A stretch of DNA of 64,000 nucleotides from positions 101,184 to 165,183 of the forward strand of contig JBAQUS010000011.1 of the NCBI GenBank assembly GCA_049297675.1, written 5' to 3'. Below are positions 9,418-20,187 of the stretch, piece by piece. The position numbers and the translations under genes were made by a program. Source of the stretch: Minisyncoccia bacterium. GTDB taxonomy: Bacteria; Patescibacteriota; Minisyncoccia; Phycocordibacterales; DATDWN01. A model generated the notes under the pieces. The model saw only the letters and a list, made by a program, of their open reading frames with translations. It had not been told where the DNA came from and searched no databases. Each line of letters begins with the position of its first letter. Positions within the stretch are counted from its first letter, which is position 1.

Positions 9418-9481
9418 ATGATGATATCTAGGATTTCATGGTTATAAAATGGTCAATTAAATATTAGCTTTTTTTGGGTAA

Positions 9482-9534
9482 CTTGCATTTTTAGTGGGGG
9501 GGTAAAATAATGGTATTAAAATTAGCTTAAAATT
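9482..9534 (+). promoter_or_regulatory. conserved promoter/leader module, copy a (TTGCAt, 7 G's, TAAAAT ... ttaaaattATG)
   Basis: cttgcatttttagtgggggggtaaaataatggtattaaaattagcttaaaatt followed by ATG at 9535. Confidence 0.45.
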
Positions 9535-10203
9535 ATGAATGAAGGAAAACTTGAAAATAGTGATGACTTATCTATTGCCCCTCAAGAAGGATTAGATGGG
9601 CAAGTTGAAGATTATGATGCAGAAAAAAATTGGCAAGAATATATAAGAGATGGACGTCGAGAGCCGATGTCTATGGATCGTATATACTATATAATCCAAC
9701 GAGAAGATGGTCGGGCAGCCAGAATGGCGTTAAGTCACGCAGTTAATAGTGAGAGAGAATTTAAAAATGGAAAAGCGTGGTCTCCTCGTTCAGGAATAGA
9801 TTTTCCAATAGATGTGTCAGGACTTAATGAAGAGGAAAAGGATAAAATAGATCTTAAAGTGGGTAGTCTTGTCAAAGCATGGATTTTAGAACACGAACAA
9901 CAACAAGAATTAATGTTAGCAAGAGAAGAAGCTTTACGTGGTAATACCACAAAACTTATGAGTCTTCTCGTGGCATCTATGAGAAACGTAATAAACTCAG
10001 AGAGTCCGGAAACAGCCTTCAAATATATTTGTGGAATATGGTCCAGGAGTGATGGGGAAGATTATGAAGCAAATGCAACAGATTCTCCTCGTGAACTGAT
10101 GGATCATCCACTTCGTTATTTACCGAGCGATGTACAAAAAAAATTTGAGGATGAGTATAAGAGAGAATTTAGGAGCATGTTGGATGAGGAAAATGAAAGG
10201 TAA
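9535..10203 (+). CDS. hypothetical acidic protein
   Basis: ORF track; no family recognised. Confidence 0.35.
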   Translation: MNEGKLENSDDLSIAPQEGLDGQVEDYDAEKNWQEYIRDGRREPMSMDRIYYIIQREDGRAARMALSHAVNSEREFKNGKAWSPRSGIDFPIDVSGLNEEEKDKIDLKVGSLVKAWILEHEQQQELMLAREEALRGNTTKLMSLLVASMRNVINSESPETAFKYICGIWSRSDGEDYEANATDSPRELMDHPLRYLPSDVQKKFEDEYKREFRSMLDEENER

Positions 10204-10290
10204 AACTAATGGATAAGCAAGGTAAGCTATTGCTTTAATCAATCCTGAAAATGTTTAAGCTAGGGGAGTCCTCGCTTAAACTCGATTTAC

Positions 10291-10566
10291 TTAAAAAAGT
10301 TCGGAATGGTTGCCAATGTCGATTAATATCAAAACGAGCTCTCTTTTTCGGATTTGATAAACTAGAAGCAGGTCACCTTTAATGTGACACTCACGGAGGT
10401 TGTGCATACTTCCATGTAAAGAATGGTCTTTGTATTTTAGTGGGAGTGTTTTTCCTGAAGCTAGTATTTCGACAGCTGTTTCGATTTCGACCCTTTTGAT
10501 CTTCCCAGAGTGCATGACTTTCTTAAGGGATTTCTCAAATCTCTTAGTGAATATTTTTTTATACAT
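10291..10566 (-). CDS. yafQ: YafQ/RelE-family mRNA interferase toxin
   Basis: TLPLKYKDHSLHGSMHNLRECHIKGDLLLVYQIRKRELVLILIDIGNHSELF matches the YafQ pattern (LPxxYKDHxLxG ... REcHI ... DxLLIY ... GTHSxLF). Confidence 0.7.
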   Translation of the reverse strand: MYKKIFTKRFEKSLKKVMHSGKIKRVEIETAVEILASGKTLPLKYKDHSLHGSMHNLRECHIKGDLLLVYQIRKRELVLILIDIGNHSELF

Positions 10567-10583
10567 TTATTTTCCACTAAAAT

Positions 10584-10859
10584 TTAGACCAAAATATCAT
10601 CAAACATTTCTCGGGTAGAAGAATATCTTTTGCCGTGCTTTAAAGCCTCCACAGCCTCCCTTTCATATTTCTCAATTATTTTAGGATTGTATTTGTGAGT
10701 AAAACCAAATGGGCAAACATAAGTAAGATTATTAGGGTCGCTTTCTCTGGCCAAAAGAAACTTTATTCCGGAAGACAAATCAAGCCCCATATTCTTAAAC
10801 ATTTTTATAGCTTTTGTTTTTGTTGCCTTGTCTATTCTAATTTGTAGTGTTGTGTCCAT
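10584..10859 (-). CDS. dinJ: DinJ/RelB-family antitoxin, partner of the YafQ toxin
   Basis: MDTTLQIRIDKATKTKAIKMFKNMGLDLSSGIKFLLARES matches DinJ; the ORF-track start at 10943 is an upstream extension. Confidence 0.65.
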   Translation of the reverse strand: MDTTLQIRIDKATKTKAIKMFKNMGLDLSSGIKFLLARESDPNNLTYVCPFGFTHKYNPKIIEKYEREAVEALKHGKRYSSTREMFDDILV

Positions 10860-10936
10860 TTGGACAGTATAAAAAAATGTAATGATAATGTCAATACATA
10901 CTTTGTTGTAAGTGAAGGTGTACTTACCTACAATGA

Positions 10937-10998
10937 CTTGCAATTTTTACGGGGGGTAAAATTGAGGTATTAAAGTTAATACTTAAAAGTATAAAATT
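10937..10998 (+). promoter_or_regulatory. conserved promoter/leader module, copy b (TTGCAA, 6 G's, TAAAAT)
   Basis: cttgcaatttttacggggggtaaaattgaggtattaaagttaatacttaaaagtataaaatt followed by ATG. Confidence 0.45.
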
Positions 10999-11409
10999 AT
11001 GGAAACATACCACGATAGTTCTGGTCAAGAAATAAGTAGGGAATCTTTTATTGAATCACAGGAGAAAGAACATGATATTGAAGAAAGACTTTTGAGAGAG
11101 TCAGGGTGGTCACCGCTAGATGTTGTTCGTACTTTCTATCTATATGATAAATATGATGAAGCTAATCGTGACCAAGCGATAGGTGTAAAAAGGACTGTCG
11201 TTGTAATTGACACAACCATTCCGTCATACGGGTTTGATCATTGGGAAATTAATGGTGATGTTTTGCCACCAGATAATTCTGCAAAAAGTATATCAGTATA
11301 TGAATGGGTGAAGAACGGTGATGAGTATAAATGGGTTGAGATCGAAAGATATAAATGTAGTTATGATGGTGGTAAGCAGGGTGAATGGAAAAGTCTAGAT
11401 CTGACATAA
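10999..11409 (+). CDS. hypothetical protein
   Basis: ORF track. Confidence 0.35.
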   Translation: METYHDSSGQEISRESFIESQEKEHDIEERLLRESGWSPLDVVRTFYLYDKYDEANRDQAIGVKRTVVVIDTTIPSYGFDHWEINGDVLPPDNSAKSISVYEWVKNGDEYKWVEIERYKCSYDGGKQGEWKSLDLT

Positions 11410-11476
11410 ATACACTAAAAGAAATCCATATAGCTCAATAATTGACTATAAGTTTATCTTAAGATAAACTTATAGT

Positions 11477-11728
11477 ATGACTAAAATCAAGGATAAAATA
11501 ATAGGGCTTAAAGAGCTTAGGGAGAATACTGAAACTTATATTTCCCAAGTGGAAAAAGGTAAGTCTTTTGTGGTTATGCGAAAGTCAAAGCCAGTTTTTA
11601 CTATTTCTCCAGTAGACGAATGGGGAGATGAGGGTACCTGGGAAACAGTCGTAGACTTTAATGAGATAAAAAAAGGTGGTGTTCCAATTGAAGATGTGAT
11701 AAGTAGTTTGAAAAGATTAAATAGATAG
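11477..11728 (+). CDS. Phd/YefM-like antitoxin
   Basis: KIIGLKELRENTETYISQVEKGKSFVVMRKSKPVFTISPVDEW fits the Phd/YefM pattern; immediately precedes a RelE/ParE toxin gene. Confidence 0.5.
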   Translation: MTKIKDKIIGLKELRENTETYISQVEKGKSFVVMRKSKPVFTISPVDEWGDEGTWETVVDFNEIKKGGVPIEDVISSLKRLNR

Positions 11729-11735
11729 CTTATTT

Positions 11736-11969
11736 ATGAATAAAATAGATAAGTTTCTGAAAAAACTAATAACAGGCGACAGAGTTTTTATTTTAAAAGT
11801 TTTGAATCAAATATATTCTGGAAATTTCGAAAATTTACACGTAAAGAAGCTAAAAGGATTTAAAAATAAATACAGAGTTAGGGTGGGTAGAATAAGGATA
11901 ATATTTACTAAAGAAAGAGAAGGAATCAGAATTGATAAATTAGATTTTAGGAGCGATAATACATATTAA
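11736..11969 (+). CDS. RelE/ParE-family toxin
   Basis: KKLKGFKNKYRVRVGRIRIIFTKEREGIRIDKLDFRSDNTY fits the LxGxxxxYRxRVGxYRIIY ... I ... HR motif. Confidence 0.6.
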   Translation: MNKIDKFLKKLITGDRVFILKVLNQIYSGNFENLHVKKLKGFKNKYRVRVGRIRIIFTKEREGIRIDKLDFRSDNTY

Positions 11970-11977
11970 CTAATCTA

Positions 11978-12172
11978 ATGGAGACATTCTGGGACTTATT
12001 AAAAGATCCGGCACATTGGTGGTTTGAGTTATTTCTCATTTTTATTTTCGACGTAGTTGTCGGACTTATTGTTTGGCCGTTTGTCCAAAAGGCACTTATT
12101 CACCATAAATCCGATCACGAAAGACTAGAGGATTTAGAGAGGGAGGTGGAAAAACTAAGAAATAAAATGTAA
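11978..12172 (+). CDS. small membrane protein, hypothetical
   Basis: ORF track; one TM helix plus a charged tail. Confidence 0.3.
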   Translation: METFWDLLKDPAHWWFELFLIFIFDVVVGLIVWPFVQKALIHHKSDHERLEDLEREVEKLRNKM

Positions 12173-12174
12173 TT

Positions 12175-12435
12175 TTATCTGTATCCATCATGGTCATCAA
12201 TTGCCAGTAAGTACACTTCGTTTTTTAGTCCATATTGAAATATTATTCTGTCTTTACGATTAATCCAAAAGGCATATTTATCGCTCAGTCTACCGTGCAG
12301 TTTATGAACTTTCAGTCGCTTGTGGTTAAGAGGGTTTTCAAACAGTTTTATTTTTTCCAAAACCTCCTCATAGAATTTATTATCCAACTTTTTTAACTGT
12401 TTAATAAATGTGTGCGTATATATAAGACTAATCAT
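12175..12435 (-). CDS. RelE/ParE-superfamily toxin
   Basis: FIKQLKKLDNKFYEEVLEKIKLFENPLNHKRLKVHKLHGRLSDKYAFWINRKDRIIFQY ... VYLLAIDDH. Confidence 0.5.
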   Translation of the reverse strand: MISLIYTHTFIKQLKKLDNKFYEEVLEKIKLFENPLNHKRLKVHKLHGRLSDKYAFWINRKDRIIFQYGLKNEVYLLAIDDHDGYR

Positions 12436-12437
12436 AT

Positions 12438-12662
12438 TTAGTCTTTAAATTTTCTAACTATTTCTCTCAGGTCTCCACTAAAGACCCTGCCATTTTTTAT
12501 ATCCTTCTCTGCTTCAAAGATATTTTTTAGCAGTTCTTCTTCTGCATATAAATCTAATGCTTGTCTGACGGCATGGGCCTTATTAGCTGCCTTACCGCTT
12601 TTTACAAGGGAAGATATAAACCTTTCATTTTTTGGTGATATGGGTACTGATATTGTAGTCAT
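12438..12662 (-). CDS. ribbon-helix-helix (CopG/ParD-like) antitoxin, partner of the 12175..12435 toxin
   Basis: MTTISVPISPKNERFISSLVKSGKAANKAHAVRQALDLYAEEE; 3-nt gap to the toxin gene. Confidence 0.5.
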   Translation of the reverse strand: MTTISVPISPKNERFISSLVKSGKAANKAHAVRQALDLYAEEELLKNIFEAEKDIKNGRVFSGDLREIVRKFKD

Positions 12663-12810
12663 ATGATAATATATTAATTTATATGATATTATCATATATT
12701 AATAAGTAACTAAATGTCAAATTTACTTACTGATATTGCTCAAAATAGTCTTTTAGTATATAGTTTTCTCGTATCCCGAGAGGGTATTTTATTTACCACA
12801 ATAAATGAAT

Positions 12811-12923
12811 CCCGTTAGAGGCCGCGGTCGCTTACGGGTTAAGGAAATTAAGTAATTAATTAAAATTATCAATATTAATAAATATGGTATGGTAACGGAA
12901 GACCGCGACCTGCCTCTAACGGG
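12811..12923 (+). promoter_or_regulatory. long imperfect inverted repeat CCCGTTAGAGGCCGCGGTCG ... CGACCGCGACCTGCCTCTAACGGG whose right arm abuts the fusA ATG
   Basis: arms at about 12811-12830 and 12900-12923 around a 69-nt AT-rich loop; ATG at 12924. Confidence 0.5.
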
Positions 12924-15065
12924 ATGAACCGCGATTACACACTAGACAAAGTTAGAAACTTCGGAATCATTGCTCATATTGATGCTGGAAAAACAACCAC
13001 ATCCGAGCGTGTGCTTTTTTATACTGGAATGACTCACAAAATAGGTGAGGTGCACGAGGGGGAGACGGTGACTGACTGGATGGAGCAGGAAAGAGAAAGA
13101 GGTATTACAATTACAGCTGCGGCTATTACCTGTTTTTGGAATCCGACATACAGAGAGAAGGGTAGCAAACCTGAGTATCGTTTTAATATTATAGATACTC
13201 CAGGGCATATTGATTTTACTGCGGAAGTAAAGAGGTCACTTAGAGTACTCGACGGGGCGGTTGTGGTTTTCGACGGAGTGGCGGGAGTAGAACCACAGTC
13301 CGAGACAAACTGGAGATATGCGGATGATGGAAATGTTCCGAGAATCTGTTTTATAAATAAACTCGATAGAACAGGAGCATCATTTGAAAGAAGTTATGCT
13401 TCTATTTTGGATAGACTAACAAAAAACGCTGTCAGGGTTCAGATTCCAATCGGTCTTGAGGACAAGTTTGAAGGAGTTATTGACCTTATGAAAATGAAAG
13501 CTTTTTACTTTGAGGGAAACATGGGTATGCAAATAAAGGAAGCTGAAATTCCTGCTGAGCTTCTAGATGAGGCCAAAAAATATAGAGCAGAGCTTGTCGA
13601 AAAAGTTGTTGGAGAAGATGACAATCTAATGTCTGCGTATCTTGATGGTAAAGAGCCAACTACCGAGGAGCTCAAATTAACCCTGAGAAAAGCTACCCTT
13701 GCTGTAAAACTTGTACCAGTTTTTGCTGGATCAGCACTGAAAAACAAGGGAGTTCAGCTAGTTTTGGATGGTGTTGTTGATTACCTACCATCACCTTTGG
13801 ATATTCCTCCTGTACACGGAACTGATCCTAAAACAGGTGAAGATATTTTCCGAAACGCATCTGACTCAGAGCCATTCTCAGCACTTGCTTTCAAGCTTCA
13901 AAACGATCCTTTCGTTGGACAATTAACTTTCTTTAGAGTTTACTCTGGGACTTTAGAGGCAGGCACTTATGTCTACAATTCGACTACCGGAGAGAAAGAG
14001 CGTCTGGGAAGAATTGTTCGCCTTCAGGCGGATAAGCGTGAGGAAGTTAAAAAAGTTTTTGCGGGGGAGATCGCTGCGGCAGTAGGTCTGAAGTCAGCTA
14101 AAACGTCTCATACGCTATGTGATGAAAATAATCCGATTGTTCTTGATCCTATCAAGTTTGTTGATCCAGTGGTGTCTTTGCGTGTTGAGCCGAAGACCAA
14201 AGCTGATCAGGAAAAAATGGGTATGGCACTTAAAAAACTTTCTGACGAAGATCCAACTTTTGTTATTTCATCAAACTCTGAAACAGGCGAGAGTATTATT
14301 TCTGGAATGGGAGAGCTCCACCTTGAGATCATGGTTGATCGTATGAAGAGAGAATTTGGTGTAGAGGTAAACGTCGGCAAGCCACAAGTGGCATACAGAG
14401 AAACTATATTAGGTTCTGCAGAGGCTGAACACAAATACATAAAACAAACTGGTGGTAAGGGTCAATACGGACACGTTAAATTGACCATCAAACCACTTGA
14501 GAAAATAGAGGAAGGGGCAAAAATCCCTAAAAATGTTAAGAGATACGATGACTTCGAATTTATAGATTCAATCAAAGGTGGTGTTATTCCGCAGGAATTC
14601 ATTCCAGCGGTTGAAAAGGGGGTTCATGAAGCAATGGATCGTGGAATAGTGGCGGGTTACAAAATGGTAAATATTTCTTGCGAACTGACATTTGGATCGT
14701 ACCACGACGTGGACTCATCCGAAATTGCATACAAGATCGCTGCCTCGCAAGCTTTTCAGGAGGCTGCTAGGAGAGCTAGACCAGTAATACTTGAGCCAAT
14801 CATGAAAGTTGAGGCTGTTATGCCTGAGCAGTTCATGGGAGACATTACAGGTTCGCTTTCAGGAAAGAGAGGACAAATAGAAGGTATGGACGAGAGAGGA
14901 ATGCTTCGAGTAATCCACGCCAAAGTTCCACTTTCTGAAATGTTTGGATATACAACTGACATACGTTCAATGACCCAAGGCCGTGGCTCAGTCCAAATGG
15001 AATTTGATCACTATGAAGTAGTACCACCAAACGTGGAGAAAACAATCATTGAATCGAGGAAATAA
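12924..15065 (+). CDS. fusA: elongation factor G
   Basis: [29 protein letters not shown]-domain motifs and full-length EF-G similarity. Confidence 0.95.
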   Translation: MNRDYTLDKVRNFGIIAHIDAGKTTTSERVLFYTGMTHKIGEVHEGETVTDWMEQERERGITITAAAITCFWNPTYREKGSKPEYRFNIIDTPGHIDFTAEVKRSLRVLDGAVVVFDGVAGVEPQSETNWRYADDGNVPRICFINKLDRTGASFERSYASILDRLTKNAVRVQIPIGLEDKFEGVIDLMKMKAFYFEGNMGMQIKEAEIPAELLDEAKKYRAELVEKVVGEDDNLMSAYLDGKEPTTEELKLTLRKATLAVKLVPVFAGSALKNKGVQLVLDGVVDYLPSPLDIPPVHGTDPKTGEDIFRNASDSEPFSALAFKLQNDPFVGQLTFFRVYSGTLEAGTYVYNSTTGEKERLGRIVRLQADKREEVKKVFAGEIAAAVGLKSAKTSHTLCDENNPIVLDPIKFVDPVVSLRVEPKTKADQEKMGMALKKLSDEDPTFVISSNSETGESIISGMGELHLEIMVDRMKREFGVEVNVGKPQVAYRETILGSAEAEHKYIKQTGGKGQYGHVKLTIKPLEKIEEGAKIPKNVKRYDDFEFIDSIKGGVIPQEFIPAVEKGVHEAMDRGIVAGYKMVNISCELTFGSYHDVDSSEIAYKIAASQAFQEAARRARPVILEPIMKVEAVMPEQFMGDITGSLSGKRGQIEGMDERGMLRVIHAKVPLSEMFGYTTDIRSMTQGRGSVQMEFDHYEVVPPNVEKTIIESRK

Positions 15066-15960
15066 AATTATTTTTATTGAATTGAGGTATAATGAAAGAA
15101 TGTCAGAATCATTAGATAACCCAGTAGTTGTCGCAGAACCAACTATAGACAATACTGAAGAAAGATCTAGATTGCTAACTGAATTGGCTGAGAAGCTCGA
15201 GGGCTTTTTTTATGATCCAGATCAGAATGTTCCAGGTATAGAAAGAGAGAATTATGTTGATAATTTGTTAATAAATAGAAAAGTTATTGACTTTATTGAA
15301 CATAATCCAGGCAGTTTTGACTTGTTTTTTATTTATTTAAGTCGTCAAGTTTACGATAAGGATCAGCTGGAGTCATTGCTAAAAAACATTATTCTAAGAG
15401 AAGCTGAGAAAACCAAAAATCAAGTAGAATTGGTTGAAAGACTATGGGTTAGTCCACTGGCTTCAGTAGAAGAATATGAGTTGGGTGTTTACAAAGAGCA
15501 AATAGAGAGTCAGGTCAGAGATGCTGTCTTGGAATTAAAAAGAAAGGGTTATAGACCATTTGGATCTGGTTTCGGAGACCTAGTATCCGGTACACAAGCA
15601 ATACTTTTGAATAAGGAAGGAGTTGAAATAAGTTTGATTACAGAGAATTTAAGAGGTGAGAATGTGGAAATAGTTGAAGAAGAAGATAGAATACAAATAA
15701 TATTTAAGCCGACAGACTCAGAAACATCTATGGAGGAATTAAAAAAAGTTTGGAATAGAATAGTTTCAAAAATTCCATCAGTAAAGGATAATTCAAAATT
15801 AAGGTTGTCAGATAATGGTAGGCAAGGCAGTGAGTTTAGAGAAACTCAAAACAAAATCAAAAAAGGACAGAATGCTTGGTTAAGAAACGGATTAGCTTTT
15901 GTTGATGGAAAAGTAGTTGAAATGTCGTATGAGGATTTTCAGATTTTAATGAATAAATGA
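15049..15960 (+). CDS. hypothetical protein (probable start at the internal Met near 15100)
   Basis: ORF track; no family recognised. Confidence 0.35.
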   Translation: MNRGNKIIFIELRYNERMSESLDNPVVVAEPTIDNTEERSRLLTELAEKLEGFFYDPDQNVPGIERENYVDNLLINRKVIDFIEHNPGSFDLFFIYLSRQVYDKDQLESLLKNIILREAEKTKNQVELVERLWVSPLASVEEYELGVYKEQIESQVRDAVLELKRKGYRPFGSGFGDLVSGTQAILLNKEGVEISLITENLRGENVEIVEEEDRIQIIFKPTDSETSMEELKKVWNRIVSKIPSVKDNSKLRLSDNGRQGSEFRETQNKIKKGQNAWLRNGLAFVDGKVVEMSYEDFQILMNK

Positions 15961-15985
15961 TTTGAGAGAAGAACTACAGGGATTC

Positions 15986-16085
15986 ATCCCGTTAGAGTTT
16001 TGCTTGTTAACAATGTATTTTAAGTAATAAACAGGTTATCCCATAATATTTTTATATATGTTTGATTATTAAACTCTAACGGGAT
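15986..16085 (+). promoter_or_regulatory. 15-bp perfect inverted repeat ATCCCGTTAGAGTTT / AAACTCTAACGGGAT enclosing a 70-nt AT-rich loop, ending 11 nt before the ATG at 16097
   Basis: arms at about 15986-16000 and 16071-16085. Confidence 0.5.
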
Positions 16086-16096
16086 AAAATTAGTCA

Positions 16097-17362
16097 ATGG
16101 TTACTACTACTGACTTAAAAAAACCTATACCCTCGCCTTTTGATATTTTGACTTCTCAAACTGAGAAAGTTGAAAAAAGTGAAACAAGTGATATTTATAA
16201 TATTCCTATAAAGAAGATATTTGACAGTGTTCCGAAGCCGACTGAACTAGAGCCTTTGATGGGAGCTGATGGTTCGCAAAAAATTCCAATAAACAAAAAA
16301 ACATCACCGAAAAAAAGTTTCTTTGTTCCACAAATTGCATTAGACTTTGTAGAGAGTCTAATAAGAAATAATAGACCGCTCAAATCTCTGAGGTTTGATT
16401 TGGAGGAGTCAAATTCAATCGAAGAAGCTTTGGAACACATTGATGATTCAAAACTTCTATTAATTTCTGAAAAACAAGATTTACTCAAGATTCTCGGTTT
16501 TGAAGATAAGAGTCCTGAGGCAGAAGTAATTTTGGACGAGGAGCTTGCAAAAGCAAGGAAAAATTATATTTCTTTACAAGGTCCTTACATAAGAAAAAAT
16601 CAGATTCACAAAGAGAGCTACGCAAAGATCATGGCTGATTTTGGAGTAGAAAAAGAGATGCCTAAGAGAGATGTACCGAAAGAAGTTATGGAAGCAAGAT
16701 TGGAATACGAAGATTTGAAATTGAGGAAGAAAGGTCTTCTAGGTGAAAACAGTACAGAGTTTATTGTCACGGAACAAGAATTTTTTTCCGACGAGTTGTT
16801 CAAGATCGTCAAACCAGAAGCTTCTCCATACATTAGTAAGCTTTCAAACATATGGAATCATTCGGAGAATGATAGTTCAATTGATTTTTTACTACTAGAC
16901 ATTGATTTTTTGAAAAAAACAGAGTCACAAGAGGCAGTCTTTGAGGGGTTGAGAACTGAAATAAATCTTACAACCACTGAAGTTTCACCTATTCTAGCGA
17001 ATAAAGTTGAAAACGATACGATACTTGCAAAAAGAGCTGAAAATGCTGAAAACCTGCCTGTGGAGAACTTCTCTGTACAAAAGGAGGTCTTTGAGCAAGA
17101 ATCGGCTAGTCCGAAAGAAGAGGTATTCCCCTCAGAATACGAGGGTAACCAGATAAAGGTAATAAAAGAGGGTATAGATGACACTTTTATTATTAGGGTA
17201 ACATTCAATGATAAGGACATTGCTCTAGGTGAAATCGTAAAAAATAACCTAAAAATAAAGTTAAAACCGGAGTTTAAGGCAGGATGGTTTTATGTAAAAA
17301 CACCAGAAGAGAGAGCTTTTAAGGAGAAAATATTGCCATTTCTTAAAACTCTCAAATCTTAA
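16097..17362 (+). CDS. hypothetical acidic protein
   Basis: ORF track. Confidence 0.35.
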   Translation: MVTTTDLKKPIPSPFDILTSQTEKVEKSETSDIYNIPIKKIFDSVPKPTELEPLMGADGSQKIPINKKTSPKKSFFVPQIALDFVESLIRNNRPLKSLRFDLEESNSIEEALEHIDDSKLLLISEKQDLLKILGFEDKSPEAEVILDEELAKARKNYISLQGPYIRKNQIHKESYAKIMADFGVEKEMPKRDVPKEVMEARLEYEDLKLRKKGLLGENSTEFIVTEQEFFSDELFKIVKPEASPYISKLSNIWNHSENDSSIDFLLLDIDFLKKTESQEAVFEGLRTEINLTTTEVSPILANKVENDTILAKRAENAENLPVENFSVQKEVFEQESASPKEEVFPSEYEGNQIKVIKEGIDDTFIIRVTFNDKDIALGEIVKNNLKIKLKPEFKAGWFYVKTPEERAFKEKILPFLKTLKS

Positions 17363-17365
17363 TAT

Positions 17366-17653
17366 TTGATGAATTTATCAAAAGATATAATAAATGAATG
17401 GGACCTTGGTACTTTGTCCAAGGAAAGAAAGACTGACGTAGTCAGTCGGATTAGCCGTGTATTGTTCCAGGCACTTATGGTTAGATCACTTGATATACTA
17501 TCTGATTCAGAGCAGTCAGAACTTGATGACTTGATGAGTCAGGATTCAACAACGTCTGAGGATGTTCTTATTTTTTTAAAATCTAAAATTCCAACATTTA
17601 GTGTTCTGGTGAAGGAAGAGAGAGAAAGTTTAAAAAGAAGTATGCAGATTTAG
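17366..17653 (+). CDS. hypothetical protein
   Basis: ORF track. Confidence 0.3.
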   Translation: MMNLSKDIINEWDLGTLSKERKTDVVSRISRVLFQALMVRSLDILSDSEQSELDDLMSQDSTTSEDVLIFLKSKIPTFSVLVKEERESLKRSMQI

Positions 17654-17954
17654 TTCGGGGGTTGACTATTGAATATTTTTTGTCTAGTATTATTGTGTCG
17701 CTTTTGCGACAGTTTTTTCTCTGCTAATTTTCGTAAGTTCCCAAAATTTAGATTTCTCGAACACTAAGTTTTTGGAGTTTCCAAAATGGCAAATTATTAG
17801 AAGATTAATTAAAACAAACACGACGCAAATTACGAATAAAAACGAACCCGTCCGAATGGATTCATCCGGGCGGATGACACGAATCAAATTCTAAATAATT
17901 GAATCTTATTCGTAAATTCGTACTCATTCGTGGATTGGTGTCGAGATAAATATT

Positions 17955-19157
<1,203 letters not shown>

Positions 19158-19330
19158 CAATTATCTTAGGTGACAGAACTTCCAAATTTGGTGAACTTCT
19201 CGTTCCGAATTTGAAAATGCTCGTCACCTTAGCACTAACTAAGGCTTCTCGCATTTTCAAATTCTCACGTCGAATTTCACTCAAATTTGAAAGTTCGTGG
19301 TGACTCTAGAATATAGTTTTCAAAATAAAA

Positions 19331-19368
19331 TCAAAAAACCATCCTGAGTTTATCGTGGGGTGGTTTTT
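19331..19368. terminator. A-run / hairpin / T-run terminator downstream of tuf
   Basis: aaaaaaccatcctgagtttatcgtggggtggtttttt. Confidence 0.45.
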
Positions 19369-19375
19369 TGGTACC

Positions 19376-19430
19376 CTTGCAATTTTTACGGGGGGGGTAA
19401 AATTAAGTGAATAATAATTAACTTAAAATT
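19376..19430 (+). promoter_or_regulatory. conserved promoter/leader module, copy c (TTGCAA, 8 G's, TAAAAT)
   Basis: cttgcaatttttacggggggggtaaaattaagtgaataataattaacttaaaatt followed by ATG. Confidence 0.45.
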
Positions 19431-19844
19431 ATGACAGAAGAAGGATACAAACCAAGTGAAGAAGAGATAGAATTAGCAAAATCTCATATGAGATCAGCGG
19501 AAGGTGTCATGTCTACAAGTAGAGAGTTACAATTTAATAATTTAGCCGAGATGGGCGTTAAGGGTTATTTGTATTTTAGTCATACTCTTGTTGGAGATCA
19601 CGTTGAATATGAATTTGAGGGTGAACTAAATGGTCATAGGGTTTTATTTAAAACTGAAGGTAAACAATTGTTTATTGATGGTGTAGAGGTAGATAAAAAT
19701 AGAGCCATGAGATTTAAGGAGAAATATTGTCCACTAGCAATAGATAAAAGTGCCGAAAATTCATATAATGATTATGCTAGGGTAGAAAGAGAAAAACCAA
19801 TTGAATTAATAAGAGCTGAAGAATTTTTGGACGAAATTCTTTAA
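19431..19844 (+). CDS. hypothetical protein
   Basis: ORF track. Confidence 0.35.
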   Translation: MTEEGYKPSEEEIELAKSHMRSAEGVMSTSRELQFNNLAEMGVKGYLYFSHTLVGDHVEYEFEGELNGHRVLFKTEGKQLFIDGVEVDKNRAMRFKEKYCPLAIDKSAENSYNDYARVEREKPIELIRAEEFLDEIL

Positions 19845-19865
19845 ATTTTAATATATAAATTATTA

Positions 19866-19935
19866 CCTACCACGGAGGCGTTGCCTCCGTGGTACCGCCA
19901 CAACCCCGAGTTAGTTTCTAGTTCGGTGGTTTTTT
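19866..19935 (+). terminator. GC-rich hairpin ccacggaggcGTTgcctccgtgg followed by a second stem and T-run
   Basis: the same hairpin core recurs at about 49835. Confidence 0.4.
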
Positions 19936-19941
19936 GTTTGA

Positions 19942-20184
19942 ATGAAAATGGGAAATATGATAATATGGCCTAATATGAAAAAAACTATTTCATTTAAGAT
20001 ATCAAAGGAGGGAAAACATTATACGGCTTCAGCTGTGGGTTTTTTCATTGTCACAGAGGGGAAAAGTTTAGACGAGCTTTCAAAAAATATAAGAGAAGCA
20101 ACGGAACTTTACTTTGAAGATCATAATAAAAAAAATAAAAATAATTTTAATTCTATTTCGCTAAATTTACCACTATACGTTTAA
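19942..20184 (+). CDS. hicB: HicB-like antitoxin
   Basis: ISFKISKEGKHYTASAVGFFIVTEGKSLDELSKNIREATELYFED fits the HicB RNase-H-fold antitoxin pattern; followed 3 nt later by hicA. Confidence 0.5.
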   Translation: MKMGNMIIWPNMKKTISFKISKEGKHYTASAVGFFIVTEGKSLDELSKNIREATELYFEDHNKKNKNNFNSISLNLPLYV

Positions 20185-20187
20185 TAT

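Noticed and set aside
17690-17887. 65-aa minus-strand ORF upstream of tuf
   Set aside because: Overlaps the ACGAAT-type element in the tuf leader. It has no support beyond being open.
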